A DNA stretch of 64,000 nucleotides, from contig CAWJZV010000004.1 of assembly GCA_963847445.1 (NCBI GenBank), forward strand, positions 192,001-256,000, given 5' to 3'. Of this stretch, positions 53,648 to 64,000 are shown piece by piece. Under the pieces are notes generated by a model that had not been told where the DNA came from, did not search any database, and saw only the letters and a list, made by a program, of their open reading frames with translations. A program made the translations under genes and the position numbers. Every line of letters begins with the position of its first letter. The first letter of the stretch is position 1. This DNA is from an uncultured delta proteobacterium (GTDB lineage: Bacteria > Desulfobacterota > Binatia > UBA9968).

Positions 53648-56443
53648 CGATTCCAGGTCCGGTTAATCACCAGCGCCGCCGTTTCACGCAACACATCATT
53701 CTCAGAATTCACGAACTTCGCGATCTTGTCATGAAACCCCGGGAGTCCTCTGATGCCAATTTCCCACATGGTTGCTGCCGTTAGCCAAATATCCTCTTGT
53801 TCGAAAAGCATGTGGAGTGCAGTCGTGGCATCGAGACTGGCCCAGCCAAGGAATTCGAGAGACAATCGGAAGCGCTCGGGTTCAAGTGTATCGCCATAAA
53901 AAGGGAAGATATATCGCTTTACCTCCCCTGTCAGCAAATTATCGAGAAGCTCGACAGCGTAAGCTTGCTTAGCTGCATCCGCAGAATTGAGAGCGCCCCA
54001 AATCCCCCGAATATCTTTGGGTGGATAGATAAGAGATAGCAGCCAAATTGTCCTTTCTCTCACGCGCTCCATGCTCTCGATAAGCGCTTGCCGCAATAGC
54101 GATGTGCGCCCAACCGATGATTGCTCGACACCAGCAAAAAGAACAAAGAAAATCGCGAACCTTTGAATATAGAGCATCGCGTCCGAGACAATAGCGCTTT
54201 CGATGATCTGGCGGTCGACCGGGAGATCTGGGAAGCGGCGGGCCATCTCTTCCAGAGCAAGAATAGACTGGAAACGGAGAGAGCGGTCCTCCTCAAGCAG
54301 CCCAGCCAAGACGGCGTTCATCGCCGACTGTGAATGGATTTTACTGAGAGTTCGAGGAATATCGAGGCGGAGGTCGCGGGCAATCCGGTCGTCGAACAGT
54401 GCGTTTCTCAATGGCTTCACCGCCATTTCGCCATACTGGGCCAGGGCCTGGCGCGCCGCGGCCTTGGTCCCGTGATTGCCCAACTGGGCGATCGTTTCGG
54501 CAACGAGTCCGGGATATTTACCTTTAGCCGCAGACGCCAGCGCCTCGCGGACCACCGCCGCAGACTCATCCGTCCTGATCAGTTGACTGAGATAGCTGGA
54601 AAACTCAGGCTCCACCGATTCCCCCATCAGGCGAGCCGCTTCGACGCGAAGTTTGTTCGCCGTCGGAGCCGCGCGCCGCGACCATAGCGCGAAACGCCGC
54701 TAACGCCTCTTGGCGCGCCGCGTCATCGCCGCTGCGCAGCAGCAATTGGATGGCGGCGCGGCGCGTTTGCGCTTGCGGACTTTGCAACAGCGGCCGAACG
54801 AATGGTGCCGCGCCGGTCTTCAGCATGGCGGCGAGCGTCGGAATCGCTTCCGAGCGCACTTGAGCGCTCTCGGACGTGAGTAATTCGAATACCGCCGCCA
54901 AGGCGTTGGGCTCCAGAGAAGCGGCCACCAGTGACAGAGCGCGCTTGCGCACTTCGGCGGATGGATGGCGCAGCAGCTCGCGCGGCAAATGCGCCACCAG
55001 GCTCCGCGGTTCAAACTTCTCCGCAAGGTCCAGGGCAAAAAGAATCGACGGCTCATCTTGTTGATCTAAAGTAGCCAGCACGGTATCGATTGTCCCCTCG
55101 TCCGCAAAATCGATCCTCGCGGTCTCAAGGGAGACTGCGCGGTAGGTCAAACTGCGGCGCAGGGCGTCAACGTAACCCGCGTGCGCGCGGGAAACCAGGG
55201 CGAACCAGACGGCCACGAGAGCGATGGAAAAATAACCGACGAACGTAACCGGATTCCCCGCCAGGGCGAGCGAGCCCAGGAGAATGATCACCGCGGCCAT
55301 GCCGTCCGCTAGCCGCTCGACGGTCACGTCGAGGAAAACTTTAACCTTGTCCTTAATCGCGTCGGGGATCGGCAGATACAGAATCTGCACGCCGCTCTGA
55401 TTAATACCGGTGCGCAGAGAAGCCTCGGCCAGCCGCGTCGCGGTGGCTGCCATCAAACCGGGCCATGCCAGCATGCTGAGCAATCCCGCAAGTAGCGTGG
55501 ACGGAAGAAAGAGCAGACTTGGGCCTAAGCCCAGCCGCGTCAGAACCTTCCCGGTGAGCCAGAGCTGGCCGACCATGGTAACGGCGCTCAGCCACGCATA
55601 GTAGGAGCCGAAAAAACTCGCCAGTGCATCTGCGGTCGGATAGGCGAGTTTCACCGTGGCTTTAAACTGATAGTCGATCAAGGTCGAAACCACCACCGAA
55701 ACAAAAATCACTCCGGCGATGGTGCGCAGGTAGCCGGTACCGAGGATTTCCTGCAAGATACCCGGCGCGTTCGGCGGCACCGTTTCGTGGACCGCGTCAT
55801 TTTCCCGACGATTGACCGCGAACAACCGATCTCGCTCTCTCAGGGCTAGACCGGCCACGACGAAAGCGCCAGCAAGCAGCGCGACCACGAGCCAGAGGAG
55901 CTGTCGCGTGCCAAAAAGAAAATTCACCGCCCAATTCGCCGCAAGCCCGCCCACCATCGCGCCCAGGGTCCCGCCGGCCGTGATTATGCCGAAGAGGCGT
56001 TTACCGTCGCGCGGATTGAACAGTCCGTTGGCCAACATCCAAAATTGCGCTACCAAGATAAGGCCGCCGATCGCCGACCACATATAATACGCGTAGAGCA
56101 CCCAGCCAGCGCCATAAAGGGTGATCGTCAGCCAGAACAAGATGACGTTGGAAATGACGAACGCGAGCGAGCCGGGAATGAGCCGCGAAAGCGAAAACTT
56201 CGCCGTATAACGGGAATAAACGCCGATGACGACGCCGGCGAGCACCGCCGCGAGGAGATAAACATAAGGCAGTTGAGTTATCGGAAAGCGACTGAGAAAA
56301 AGCGCATCCCTGACCACCTTGATGATGTTATTGGCGGCCAGCAAGAAAAACAGAAAAGCCGCCATCAATCCGACGCGCGTTGCCTCACCGGGTCGAACGT
56401 CAAAGAAGCGCGAAAGATGGGTCGTCAAAAACCGCAGGGTCAC
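53644..56443 (-). CDS. NTT/TLC-like MFS transporter fused to HEAT repeats, frameshift near 54645
   Basis: KVVRDALFL, QFWMLAN.LF.PR.GKRLFG, TLIDYQFK and LYLPIP motifs, followed by HEAT-like helices. Confidence 0.82.
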
Positions 56444-56750
56444 GGCTCAGCCATTTTGTTGCCTGCGACACGGGTTTAAATCGCAGTCTTGAACGTAGCT
56501 CGGCGGCTACGAGAAGTCTAACGCAGCGCGCCGTCTTCAAACTCATCGAGGTTCACGATGTCGAATCCCCGCGCCAGATGCTTGACTTTGCCCCTCGCAG
56601 AGAAGTGGGCGATGAGCAACATCGTTCGTCACAGACGCAAAACCATGAATGTTAGTGTCTGCAAAGTATTTGATACGCTTAAGTCTGTTTCACGCCGGCG
56701 CTGGTCTTGACTCACTGCGAATGCGTTGCGGCTCTTGACTCAATTTAGTA

Positions 56751-56768
56751 TTTCGATAATTATAGAAA
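56751..56768 (+). promoter_or_regulatory. Imperfect palindrome, probable ArsR operator
   Basis: TTTCGATAATTATAGAAA immediately before the arsR ATG, downstream of TTGACT. Confidence 0.55.
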
Positions 56769-56769
56769 C

Positions 56770-57147
56770 ATGGAAAATAAGACGGCGGTATCGGCTCTTG
56801 GCGCGTTGGCGCAGGAAACCCGGCTGGCAATTTTTCGGCTGTTGGTCGCGGCGGGCGCCGAGGGCGTGTCCGCCGGCCGGATCGGCGAGGAGTTGGAAGT
56901 TCCCGGCGCAACCCTTTCGTTTCATCTGAAAGAGCTGGTGCATTCGGGTTTGGTGTCGTCGCGCCAAGAGAAGCAGTTTATCTATTTTGCGGTCGATTAT
57001 GAGCGCATGGCCGAGCTCATGACTTTTCTCACCCAGAATTGCTGTCAGGGCATGCCGCAGAAGTGTCTGACCGTCGTTGAAACGGCACTGGGAAGCTGTT
57101 GCGCACCGGCTAAATCGAAATCCAAAACTAAGAGGAGACAATCATGA
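56770..57147 (+). CDS. arsR: ArsR family repressor (C-terminal CC type)
   Basis: ALAQETRLAIFRLLV, TLSFHLKEL and FLTQNCCQG motifs. Confidence 0.9.
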   Translation: MENKTAVSALGALAQETRLAIFRLLVAAGAEGVSAGRIGEELEVPGATLSFHLKELVHSGLVSSRQEKQFIYFAVDYERMAELMTFLTQNCCQGMPQKCLTVVETALGSCCAPAKSKSKTKRRQS

Positions 57148-57605
57148 AACGTTTTCACGTGCACGTGTCTGTCGACGATCTCGAAGCCAATGTTAAATTT
57201 TACTCAACCGTGTTCGGAGCCCCGCCTACAGTGGTCAAGTCCGACTACGCGAAATGGATGGTGGACGATCCCCGGATCAATTTCGCTATTGCGAAGAGGG
57301 GCGGCGGGGCAGGAATCGACCATCTTGGCATTCAGGTGGAATCGGACGAAGAACTGATCGCCTTGCGGGAGCAAGTTTCTGGAGCGCAGATCGCCGCCCT
57401 CGATCAACCCGACTCGGAGTGCTGTTACGCGCGCTCCGATAAGTACTGGACAACTGATCCGCAAGGAATCGCCTGGGAAACTTTTCACACCCTCGACGCC
57501 ATTCCGGTTTATGGCGACACGAACCGCAATCAGACGCGTGCTTGCTGCGACGCCGCGCCGACCGCCGAGTCCGCAGCTAGCAAAACCAGCTCGTGCTGCT
57601 CGTAA
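57144..57605 (+). CDS. ArsI/CadI family VOC metalloenzyme
   Basis: MKRFHVHVSV, DYAKW, DHLGIQV and CCYARSDKYW..DPQGIAWETF motifs. Confidence 0.88.
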   Translation: MKRFHVHVSVDDLEANVKFYSTVFGAPPTVVKSDYAKWMVDDPRINFAIAKRGGGAGIDHLGIQVESDEELIALREQVSGAQIAALDQPDSECCYARSDKYWTTDPQGIAWETFHTLDAIPVYGDTNRNQTRACCDAAPTAESAASKTSSCCS

Positions 57606-57616
57606 GCGAGATCTCT

Positions 57617-58060
57617 ATGAAACAGGAAATTCTGAACGTTCTGTTCCTGTGCACTGGCAATTCGGCGCGCAGCATCATAGCCGAGTCGATCCTGAATTCC
57701 ATCGGCAAAACCAATTTCAAAGCCTTTAGCGCGGGCAGCCGTCCGGCGGGCAAAGTCAATCCGTTAGCGCTGGAACTACTGGCAAAGAATCGTCTGCCGA
57801 CCGAAGGTCTGCGCAGCAAGGATTGGAATGAATTCTCCCAACCGGGCGCGCCGTTCATGCATTTTGTCTTCACGGTTTGCGATCAGGCAGCGGCGGAAGC
57901 GTGCCCGGTCTGGCCCGGCCAGCCGATGACGGCGCATTGGGGTGTGACCGATCCGGCCGCGGTTCAAGGCAGCGACGAGGACAAGCGCAAAGCCTTTCTA
58001 CGGGCTTACACGGAGCTTTACCGGCGCATATCTCTATTTGTCAGTTTGCCTTTCGACAAG
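57617..58060 (+). CDS. arsC: Arsenate reductase (LMW-PTP fold), truncated at the junction
   Basis: FLCTGNSARS, TVCD, CPVWPG and HWG..DP motifs; similarity ends at SLPFDK. Confidence 0.9.
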
Positions 58061-58505
58061 GGGGAATCCGGCCGGCCTCGCCGCCGCGAATGTCGGTCGT
58101 CACATTGCGGATGCGGACATCGCCAATGGTGAAATCGTATTTTGCGGGACTGCCGTCTTCGGTCCAGCCGCGCAGCACATGCTTGATCGCGGGATCGGGC
58201 GCATCCGTATAGTGGCTGCTATGCGCCTGGTTCATCGTCACAACGTCGGGAACGAAGTCGCCGGCATAACCATCATAGTCGGTCGCAATTTTCACCCCGC
58301 CGGGGCTTTCGATCAGGAATGTCGCGTGTCCGAGAAAGGTCAACCGAACTTGTTCGGCTTCCAGCGCGGTCGCGGTGAATTTTGCGGGCTGCACCAGTGA
58401 CGGCGCCTGCGCCATGGCAAGACAGTCGCTCGCCATCGCATGCGCTGAAACGGTCATGTACATCGAGGTCAGCACAGAAACGAGACCGGCGAGGCTGCGC
58501 ATCAT
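58061..58505 (-). CDS. MBL-fold metallo-hydrolase, N-terminal half truncated at the junction
   Basis: TFLGHATFLIESPGG, VTMNQAHSSHYT and IRNVTTDIR motifs. Confidence 0.8.
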
Positions 58506-58586
58506 CAGCGAACTCCTGTAATGTGGGTCGTCTGCTTCCGGGTGCTGGCCGGCATTCTCACCCGCTATCCGGCGGAAATGTGGAGA

Positions 58587-59777
58587 TCAGGGCACTGCGA
58601 TCAACAGCAAATAGGCAACGAAAACCACCAGATGCACGATGCCGGTCAGAACGGTCGTGCGACCTGTTCCGAAGCTGATGATGCAGAGCGTCAACGTTGT
58701 GGCAAGAAGAACCATGTCGCCGCCGCCCAGTCCGAGGATCAATTCCGTCCCTGTCAATAGGCTGAGCGCCGCAACCGTGGGGATTGTCAGACCGATCGTC
58801 GCCAAAGCAGAGCCGAGTGCAACGTTGAGGGCTCTTTGCAGTTCGTTGCGGAGTGCCGCGCGGATTGCCACCAGCGCCTCTGGCAACAGCACCAGAAAGG
58901 CAATGAGGGCGCCGACAATGGCGTCGCCTTGTTAAATCTGCAAGGCTTTTAACCCGTCATCCACCCCCGCGGCGACGCGCTTGGCGAGGATCACCACCGC
59001 CAAGAGGCCCGCGACCAGGCAGACCGCATGGAGCAGAATTTCCCAGCTCGAACGCGAGGAATGCGCTCTTTCCTTATTCTGCTCGGCATGCTCGTCGATG
59101 AAATAGCGCCGATGCCGGACCATCTGCATGAATAGGAAGGCGCCATAGAGGAGCAGCGACAGCAGGCTCACAAATACCAGCTGCAGGGCGGAGAACCTTC
59201 CGGGGGAAGCCGTCATCGTGAAATCCGGCAGGATAAGGATCAGCACGGCGAGCGTCAGGAGGACGGCAAGATAGGCACTCGTGCCCTGCTGTTTGAGGTC
59301 CTGCTCATAGTTTCGGAGCGCCCCGAGCGTGAGGCAGATGCCGACCAGTCCCGTGCACACGATCATCACCACCGAAAACACCGCTTCGCGCGCGAGATAG
59401 GGATTGGGATCACCATGCAGCATGACCGAGGTGATGATCGACACTTCGATGACGGTCACGGCAATGGTGAGAAGCAGCGTTCCGAACGGTTCGCGTAGTT
59501 CTACGGCAAGCGCCTCGGCGTGATGGAGCACAATGAAGACGGTGCCGAGCAACAGTCCGGCGGCGACCAGCGAGATCAAGATCTCGCCCATCGCGGTATG
59601 CGTGACCGGACCATCTCCAAGAAATTGAATTGCCAGCGCTATTCCAAGCGCCAAAAGGGGGAGAATGAAACCAAAAGCCGCCCGACCCTTGACATGACCC
59701 GATGGCGTCACGTCGGGCTCGGCAAGCGGAGACACGTCGCCGGCCAGCCCCATGGGTTCAAATCTGCTTGTTTTCAT
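58587..59777 (-). CDS. chaA: Ca2+/H+ antiporter ChaA-like, frameshift near 58932
   Basis: EPFGTLLLTIAVTVIEV, LLPE and LGSALATIGLTIP motifs. Confidence 0.85.
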
Positions 59778-59923
59778 GATTCCCCACTCATATCCGCCTC
59801 TTATAAGGCACCAGCCGCAGGGCTACCATGCGCGAAACACTCACAATGATGCGGCTCCGGCTCTTTCAAGTGCAGCCAAGGCTCCTTATCTCGCGTTTTC
59901 CGACCCATAGAGTTGTCTGAACA

Positions 59924-60930
59924 ATGATCCCCTTTCGGTTCTCGATTTATCGCCGGTCGCCGAGGGTCAAACTGCCGGCACGGCGCTGCGAAACAGCCTC
60001 GCTCTGGCCCAGCACGCCGAGAAACTGGGGTTTCTGCGTTATTGGCTGGCCGAGCACCACAACATGCCGGGAATTGCCAGCGCTGCGACGGCCGTGGTGA
60101 TTGCCCATGTGGCGGCCGGCACGCGCACAATCAGGGTTGGTTCCGGGGGTATCATGCTGCCGAACCATGCACCGCTGGTTATCGCCGAACAGTTCGGAAC
60201 GCTCGCCTCGCTGTTCCCAGGGCGCATCGATCTGGGGCTCGGCCGCGCACCTGGAACCGACATGCTGACGGCGCGCGCCTTACGCCGCGATCCGGTGCAG
60301 GCAGGCGATCGGTTTCCGCAGGATGTGATTGAACTCAAAGCCTATTTCGACGAGCCCGAGCCCGGCCAGAAGATCATAGCAGTGCCGGGGGCAGGGCTGA
60401 AGGTGCCGCTATGGATTCTGGGCTCAAGTCTATTTGGTGCGCAGTTGGCGGCAATTTTGGGCTTGCCCTTCGCTTTCGCCTCGCATTTCGCGCCCGATGC
60501 TCTCATGCCGGCGCTCGAGATCTATCGCGAGCGCTTTACCCCTTCGGATCAGCTTGATCGCCCCTATGCGATGGTTGCTGCCAATATTATCGCCGCCGAC
60601 ACCGAGGGCGAAGCGCGGCTGCTTTTCACCTCGCTGCAGCAGTCCTTCGTGCGGTTGCGCCGCGGCGCCCCCGGCAAGCTGCCGCCACCCGATGGTCAGG
60701 TCGAGGCCGATTGGACGCCGGTTGAACGGGCAGGGATGGAGCAAGCCCTGCGCTATTCATTTGTCGGCACCCGCAACAGTATTGAGAAGGGCGTGCGGGC
60801 GTTCCTGGCGGAAACCAAGGCGGACGAACTCATGGTGACCGGTCACATTTACGATCATCAGGCCCGGCTGCGCTCGTTTGCGATTGCGGCGGAGGTTCAT
60901 GCCGCCCTTTCATCGGGGCGTGCCGCCTGA
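59924..60930 (+). CDS. LLM class flavin-dependent oxidoreductase (YhbW-like), N-terminal frameshift
   Basis: [29 protein letters not shown] and [11 protein letters not shown] motifs. Confidence 0.9.
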
Positions 60931-60950
60931 GCGGGTGGCCCGGTTGCCCC

Positions 60951-61119
60951 TTGCGCGGCAGGGCCGGTTCTCCTATAAGCCGCCGCACTTCAACTCACAC
61001 GCGGATGCGGGATGTTTCGCACGGGAGACCAGTCTCCCCACATAGCGATACCTCCCTCCGGTGCCGGGAAACCGGTCACATCATCCGCGGCGGATCAACC
61101 GGAAAAGGATAGACAAGGC
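60951..61119 (+). promoter_or_regulatory. rpsB promoter and structured S2 leader
   Basis: TTGCGC-N17-TATAAG, then CACACGCGGATG...CATCCGCG stem before the RBS. Confidence 0.65.
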
Positions 61120-61884
61120 ATGTCACTGCCAGAATTCACTATGCGCCAGCTCCTCGAAGCGGGCGTTCATTTCGGCCATCAGACGCACCGTTGGAACCCC
61201 AAGATGAAGAGCTACATCTATGGGTCGCGCAATGGCATTCACATCATCGATCTCGCCCAGACCGTTCCACTGCTGCACCAGGCACTCGTCTCGGTGCGCG
61301 ACACGGTGGGCAATGGCGGCCGGCTGCTTTTCGTCGGCACCAAGCGCACCGCGCAAGAAGCGATCGCCGATGCCGCCAAGAAGTCGGCTCAGTATTACGT
61401 GAATTCGCGTTGGCTCGGCGGCACGCTGACCAATTGGAAGACCATTTCCAACTCGATCAAGCGCCTGCGCCAGCTCGAAGAAATCCTGTCCAAGTCGGAT
61501 GTCGGCCTCACCAAGCGCGAACTTCTCACCCTGACACGCGAAAAGACCAAGCTCGACCAGGCGCTCGGCGGCATCAAGGACATGGGCGGGACGCCCGACA
61601 TCATGTTCGTGATCGATACCAACAAGGAGCAATTGGCGATCAAGGAAGCGAATCGGCTCAGCATTCCGGTCGTCGCCATCATCGACACCAATTCCGATCC
61701 CGTCGGCATCACCCATCCAATTCCAGGAAATGATGACGCCGGCCGCGCCGTGGCGCTTTATTGCGATCTGATCAGCCGTGCGGCGATCGAAGGCATTTCT
61801 CAGGCGCAGGGTTCACTCGGGCGCGATATTGGTGCTTCCGAGAATCCGATCGTCGAACAATTGCCCGAAGCGGCCACCGCTTAA
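61120..61884 (+). CDS. rpsB: 30S ribosomal protein S2
   Basis: [29 protein letters not shown] and PGNDDA motifs. Confidence 0.98.
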   Translation: MSLPEFTMRQLLEAGVHFGHQTHRWNPKMKSYIYGSRNGIHIIDLAQTVPLLHQALVSVRDTVGNGGRLLFVGTKRTAQEAIADAAKKSAQYYVNSRWLGGTLTNWKTISNSIKRLRQLEEILSKSDVGLTKRELLTLTREKTKLDQALGGIKDMGGTPDIMFVIDTNKEQLAIKEANRLSIPVVAIIDTNSDPVGITHPIPGNDDAGRAVALYCDLISRAAIEGISQAQGSLGRDIGASENPIVEQLPEAATA

Positions 61885-61896
61885 CGGAGATACAAC

Positions 61897-62820
61897 ATGG
61901 CTGATATTACCGCAGCGATGGTCAAGGACCTGCGCGAGAAAACTGGCGTGGGCATGATGGACTGCAAGGCAGCGCTCGCCGCCACCAAGGGCGACATGAA
62001 CGCTGCAGTGGATTGGCTCCGGGCCAAGGGCCTCGCCAAGGCCGCCAAGAAATCGACGCGTGTTGCTGCCGAAGGGCTGGTCGGTCTCGCCACCGCCGAG
62101 AAGTCGGCTGCCTTGGTCGAGGTCAATTCCGAGACCGACTTCGTAGCCCGCAACGAAAAGTTCCAGGCCATGGTTGCCGAGATCGCCAAACTGGCGCTCA
62201 AGACCGGTGGCAATCTTGAGAAGCTCAAGACGGCGACCTATCCCGGTTCGCATCATGCCGTCGCTGAATATGTCGCCGAGGTGGTGGCGACCATCGGCGA
62301 GAACATGACGGTTCGCCGCGCGGCCGCATTGTCGGTCGGCAATGGTGTGATCGGCGCCTATGTTCACAACCAGATCGCTCCCGGCCTCGGCAAGATCGGC
62401 GTGATGGTGGCACTCGAATCGACCGGCAACGCGGAAGAACTGAAAGCGTTCGGCCGGCTTCTGGCGATGCATGTTGCAGCGACCAATCCGGTTGCTTTGG
62501 ACCTCGCCGGCGTGCCGCCCGAGACGCTGGCGCGCGAGAAGGCCATTCTCGAAGAGAAGAATGCCGGCAAGCCGGCCAATGTCCTCGAGAAGATCGTGGC
62601 GAGCGGGCTCAAGTCGTACGCCAAGGAGAATTGCCTCCTCGAGCAAGTTTATGTGCATGACGGCGCCAAGACGGTGACGCAAGCCCTCGGTGAGGCCGCC
62701 GCCAAGGCGGGTGCGCCGATCAAGATCGCCGCTTTTGTCCGCATGCAGTTGGGCGAGGGTATCGAAAAGGGCAATGACGACTTCGCAGCCGAGGTAGCCA
62801 AAGCAGCCGGGCAAGCCTGA
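61897..62820 (+). CDS. tsf: Elongation factor Ts
   Basis: [15 protein letters not shown] and [10 protein letters not shown] motifs. Confidence 0.98.
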   Translation: MADITAAMVKDLREKTGVGMMDCKAALAATKGDMNAAVDWLRAKGLAKAAKKSTRVAAEGLVGLATAEKSAALVEVNSETDFVARNEKFQAMVAEIAKLALKTGGNLEKLKTATYPGSHHAVAEYVAEVVATIGENMTVRRAAALSVGNGVIGAYVHNQIAPGLGKIGVMVALESTGNAEELKAFGRLLAMHVAATNPVALDLAGVPPETLAREKAILEEKNAGKPANVLEKIVASGLKSYAKENCLLEQVYVHDGAKTVTQALGEAAAKAGAPIKIAAFVRMQLGEGIEKGNDDFAAEVAKAAGQA

Positions 62821-62907
62821 TACTCTTAGCCTGCACCGATTGAGGATAAAGGCGAATCAGCGTCGGGCGGGTTATGACGTCGGCCGGCGTCCGCCGGAGA
62901 ATTTGAA

Positions 62908-63627
62908 ATGAAAGAACTCGCCTATAAGCGCATCCTGCTCAAGGTGTCGGGCGAGGCGCTGATGGGTGGGCGTGAGTTCGGCATCGACCTCGCAACTGTT
63001 GGTCGTGTCGCCGACGATGCGATTGCCTGTCTGAAAGCTGGCGCGCAGATCGCTCTGGTAATCGGCGGCGGCAATATTTTCCGGGGCGTGGCGGGCGCCG
63101 CCAAAGGCATGGATCGGGTGAGTGCCGATCACATGGGCATACTGGCAACGGTCATGAATGCGCTCGCCATGCAGGGCGTCTTGCAGGGCAAGGGCATCGA
63201 TGCGCGCGTATTGTCGGCCATTGCCATGCCGACCGTGTGCGAGACTTATTCCCGCGACAAGGCGGTGCACCACCTCTCGGAGGGCAGGGTGGTGATATGC
63301 GCGGCGGGCACTGGGTTGCCCTTCTTTACAACCGATACGGGTGCCGCCCTGCGCGCCGCCGAGATGGCCTGCGATGCGTTGTTCAAGGGCACCAGTGTCG
63401 ATGGAATTTACTCGGCCGATCCCAAGACCGATCCCAAGGCCACTCGCTTCGAGCGGCTGACCTACAACGACATTCTTGCCCGCGATCTGCGCATCATGGA
63501 CCCCGCCGCCATAGCGCTTGCGCGCGATAATGCGATTCCGGTAGTTGTGTTCTCGATCCGGACGCCCGGCGAGGTGTTGCGCGTCTTGCGCGGCAACGGC
63601 CGTGCGACAATTGTGACGAGAAACTGA
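62908..63627 (+). CDS. pyrH: UMP kinase
   Basis: [17 protein letters not shown] and FFTTDT motifs. Confidence 0.97.
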   Translation: MKELAYKRILLKVSGEALMGGREFGIDLATVGRVADDAIACLKAGAQIALVIGGGNIFRGVAGAAKGMDRVSADHMGILATVMNALAMQGVLQGKGIDARVLSAIAMPTVCETYSRDKAVHHLSEGRVVICAAGTGLPFFTTDTGAALRAAEMACDALFKGTSVDGIYSADPKTDPKATRFERLTYNDILARDLRIMDPAAIALARDNAIPVVVFSIRTPGEVLRVLRGNGRATIVTRN

Positions 63628-63628
63628 C

Positions 63629-64000
63629 ATGGCACAACCCGCTCCCTATGACGCCAAGGAGCTGAAACGGCGCATGCATGGCGCTGTCGACGCGCTGAGA
63701 CACGATTTCTCCGGTCTGCGCACCAGCCGCGCCTCAGCCAGCCTCCTCGACCCGATCCATGTCGAAGCCTATGGCGCCCAGATGCCCCTTAACCAAGTTG
63801 CATCTGTTTCGGTGCCCGAGCCGCGGCTCATTTCCGTTAACGTGTGGGATCGCGGGCTTGTCATTGCCGTGGAGAAGGCGATCCGCGCCTCCAATCTGGG
63901 CTTGAACCCGCAAACCGAAGGCCAGGTCATCCGTCTCAGAATGCCCGACCTCACCCAGGAGCGGCGCAAGGAATTGGTTAAGGTCGCTCACCAGTATGCC
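63629..64000 (+). CDS. frr: Ribosome recycling factor (partial, runs off the window end)
   Basis: [28 protein letters not shown] and [11 protein letters not shown]; follows pyrH. Confidence 0.95.
   Translation, partial: MAQPAPYDAKELKRRMHGAVDALRHDFSGLRTSRASASLLDPIHVEAYGAQMPLNQVASVSVPEPRLISVNVWDRGLVIAVEKAIRASNLGLNPQTEGQVIRLRMPDLTQERRKELVKVAHQYA

Noticed and set aside
58061-64000. Horizontal transfer of an rpsB-tsf-pyrH-frr block
   Set aside because: Core genes with both flanking genes broken and no mobility signature; an assembly or concatenation join is simpler.

Overview
GC-rich bacterial sequence made of two unrelated segments joined at about 58060. Left segment (1-58060): gene content and repeat style suggest a deltaproteobacterium-like soil or sediment organism such as Candidatus Binatia (inference). 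It carries an aromatic-catabolism-like cluster (Rieske oxygenase, UbiD, bicupin, solute-binding proteins), housekeeping genes (mltD, gltA, sixA, a polar amino acid ABC transporter, sthA, gph), and a grdC-grdA pair whose grdA has an in-frame UGA followed by a SECIS-like hairpin. It also holds a tandem array of four COG2984-type solute-binding proteins with variable loops and heptamer inverted repeats, TA genes, a stress/redox island with six sigma54-type promoter motifs, a Lol-like export operon, an NTT-HEAT gene and an ars cluster. Its intergenic regions contain many palindromic repeat families, some nested inside each other. Right segment (58061-64000) looks alphaproteobacterial: MBL hydrolase, chaA, LLM oxidoreductase and rpsB-tsf-pyrH-frr. 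Many genes carry single-base frameshifts, most likely sequencing or assembly errors. All family calls come from motif recognition by eye; no searches were run.
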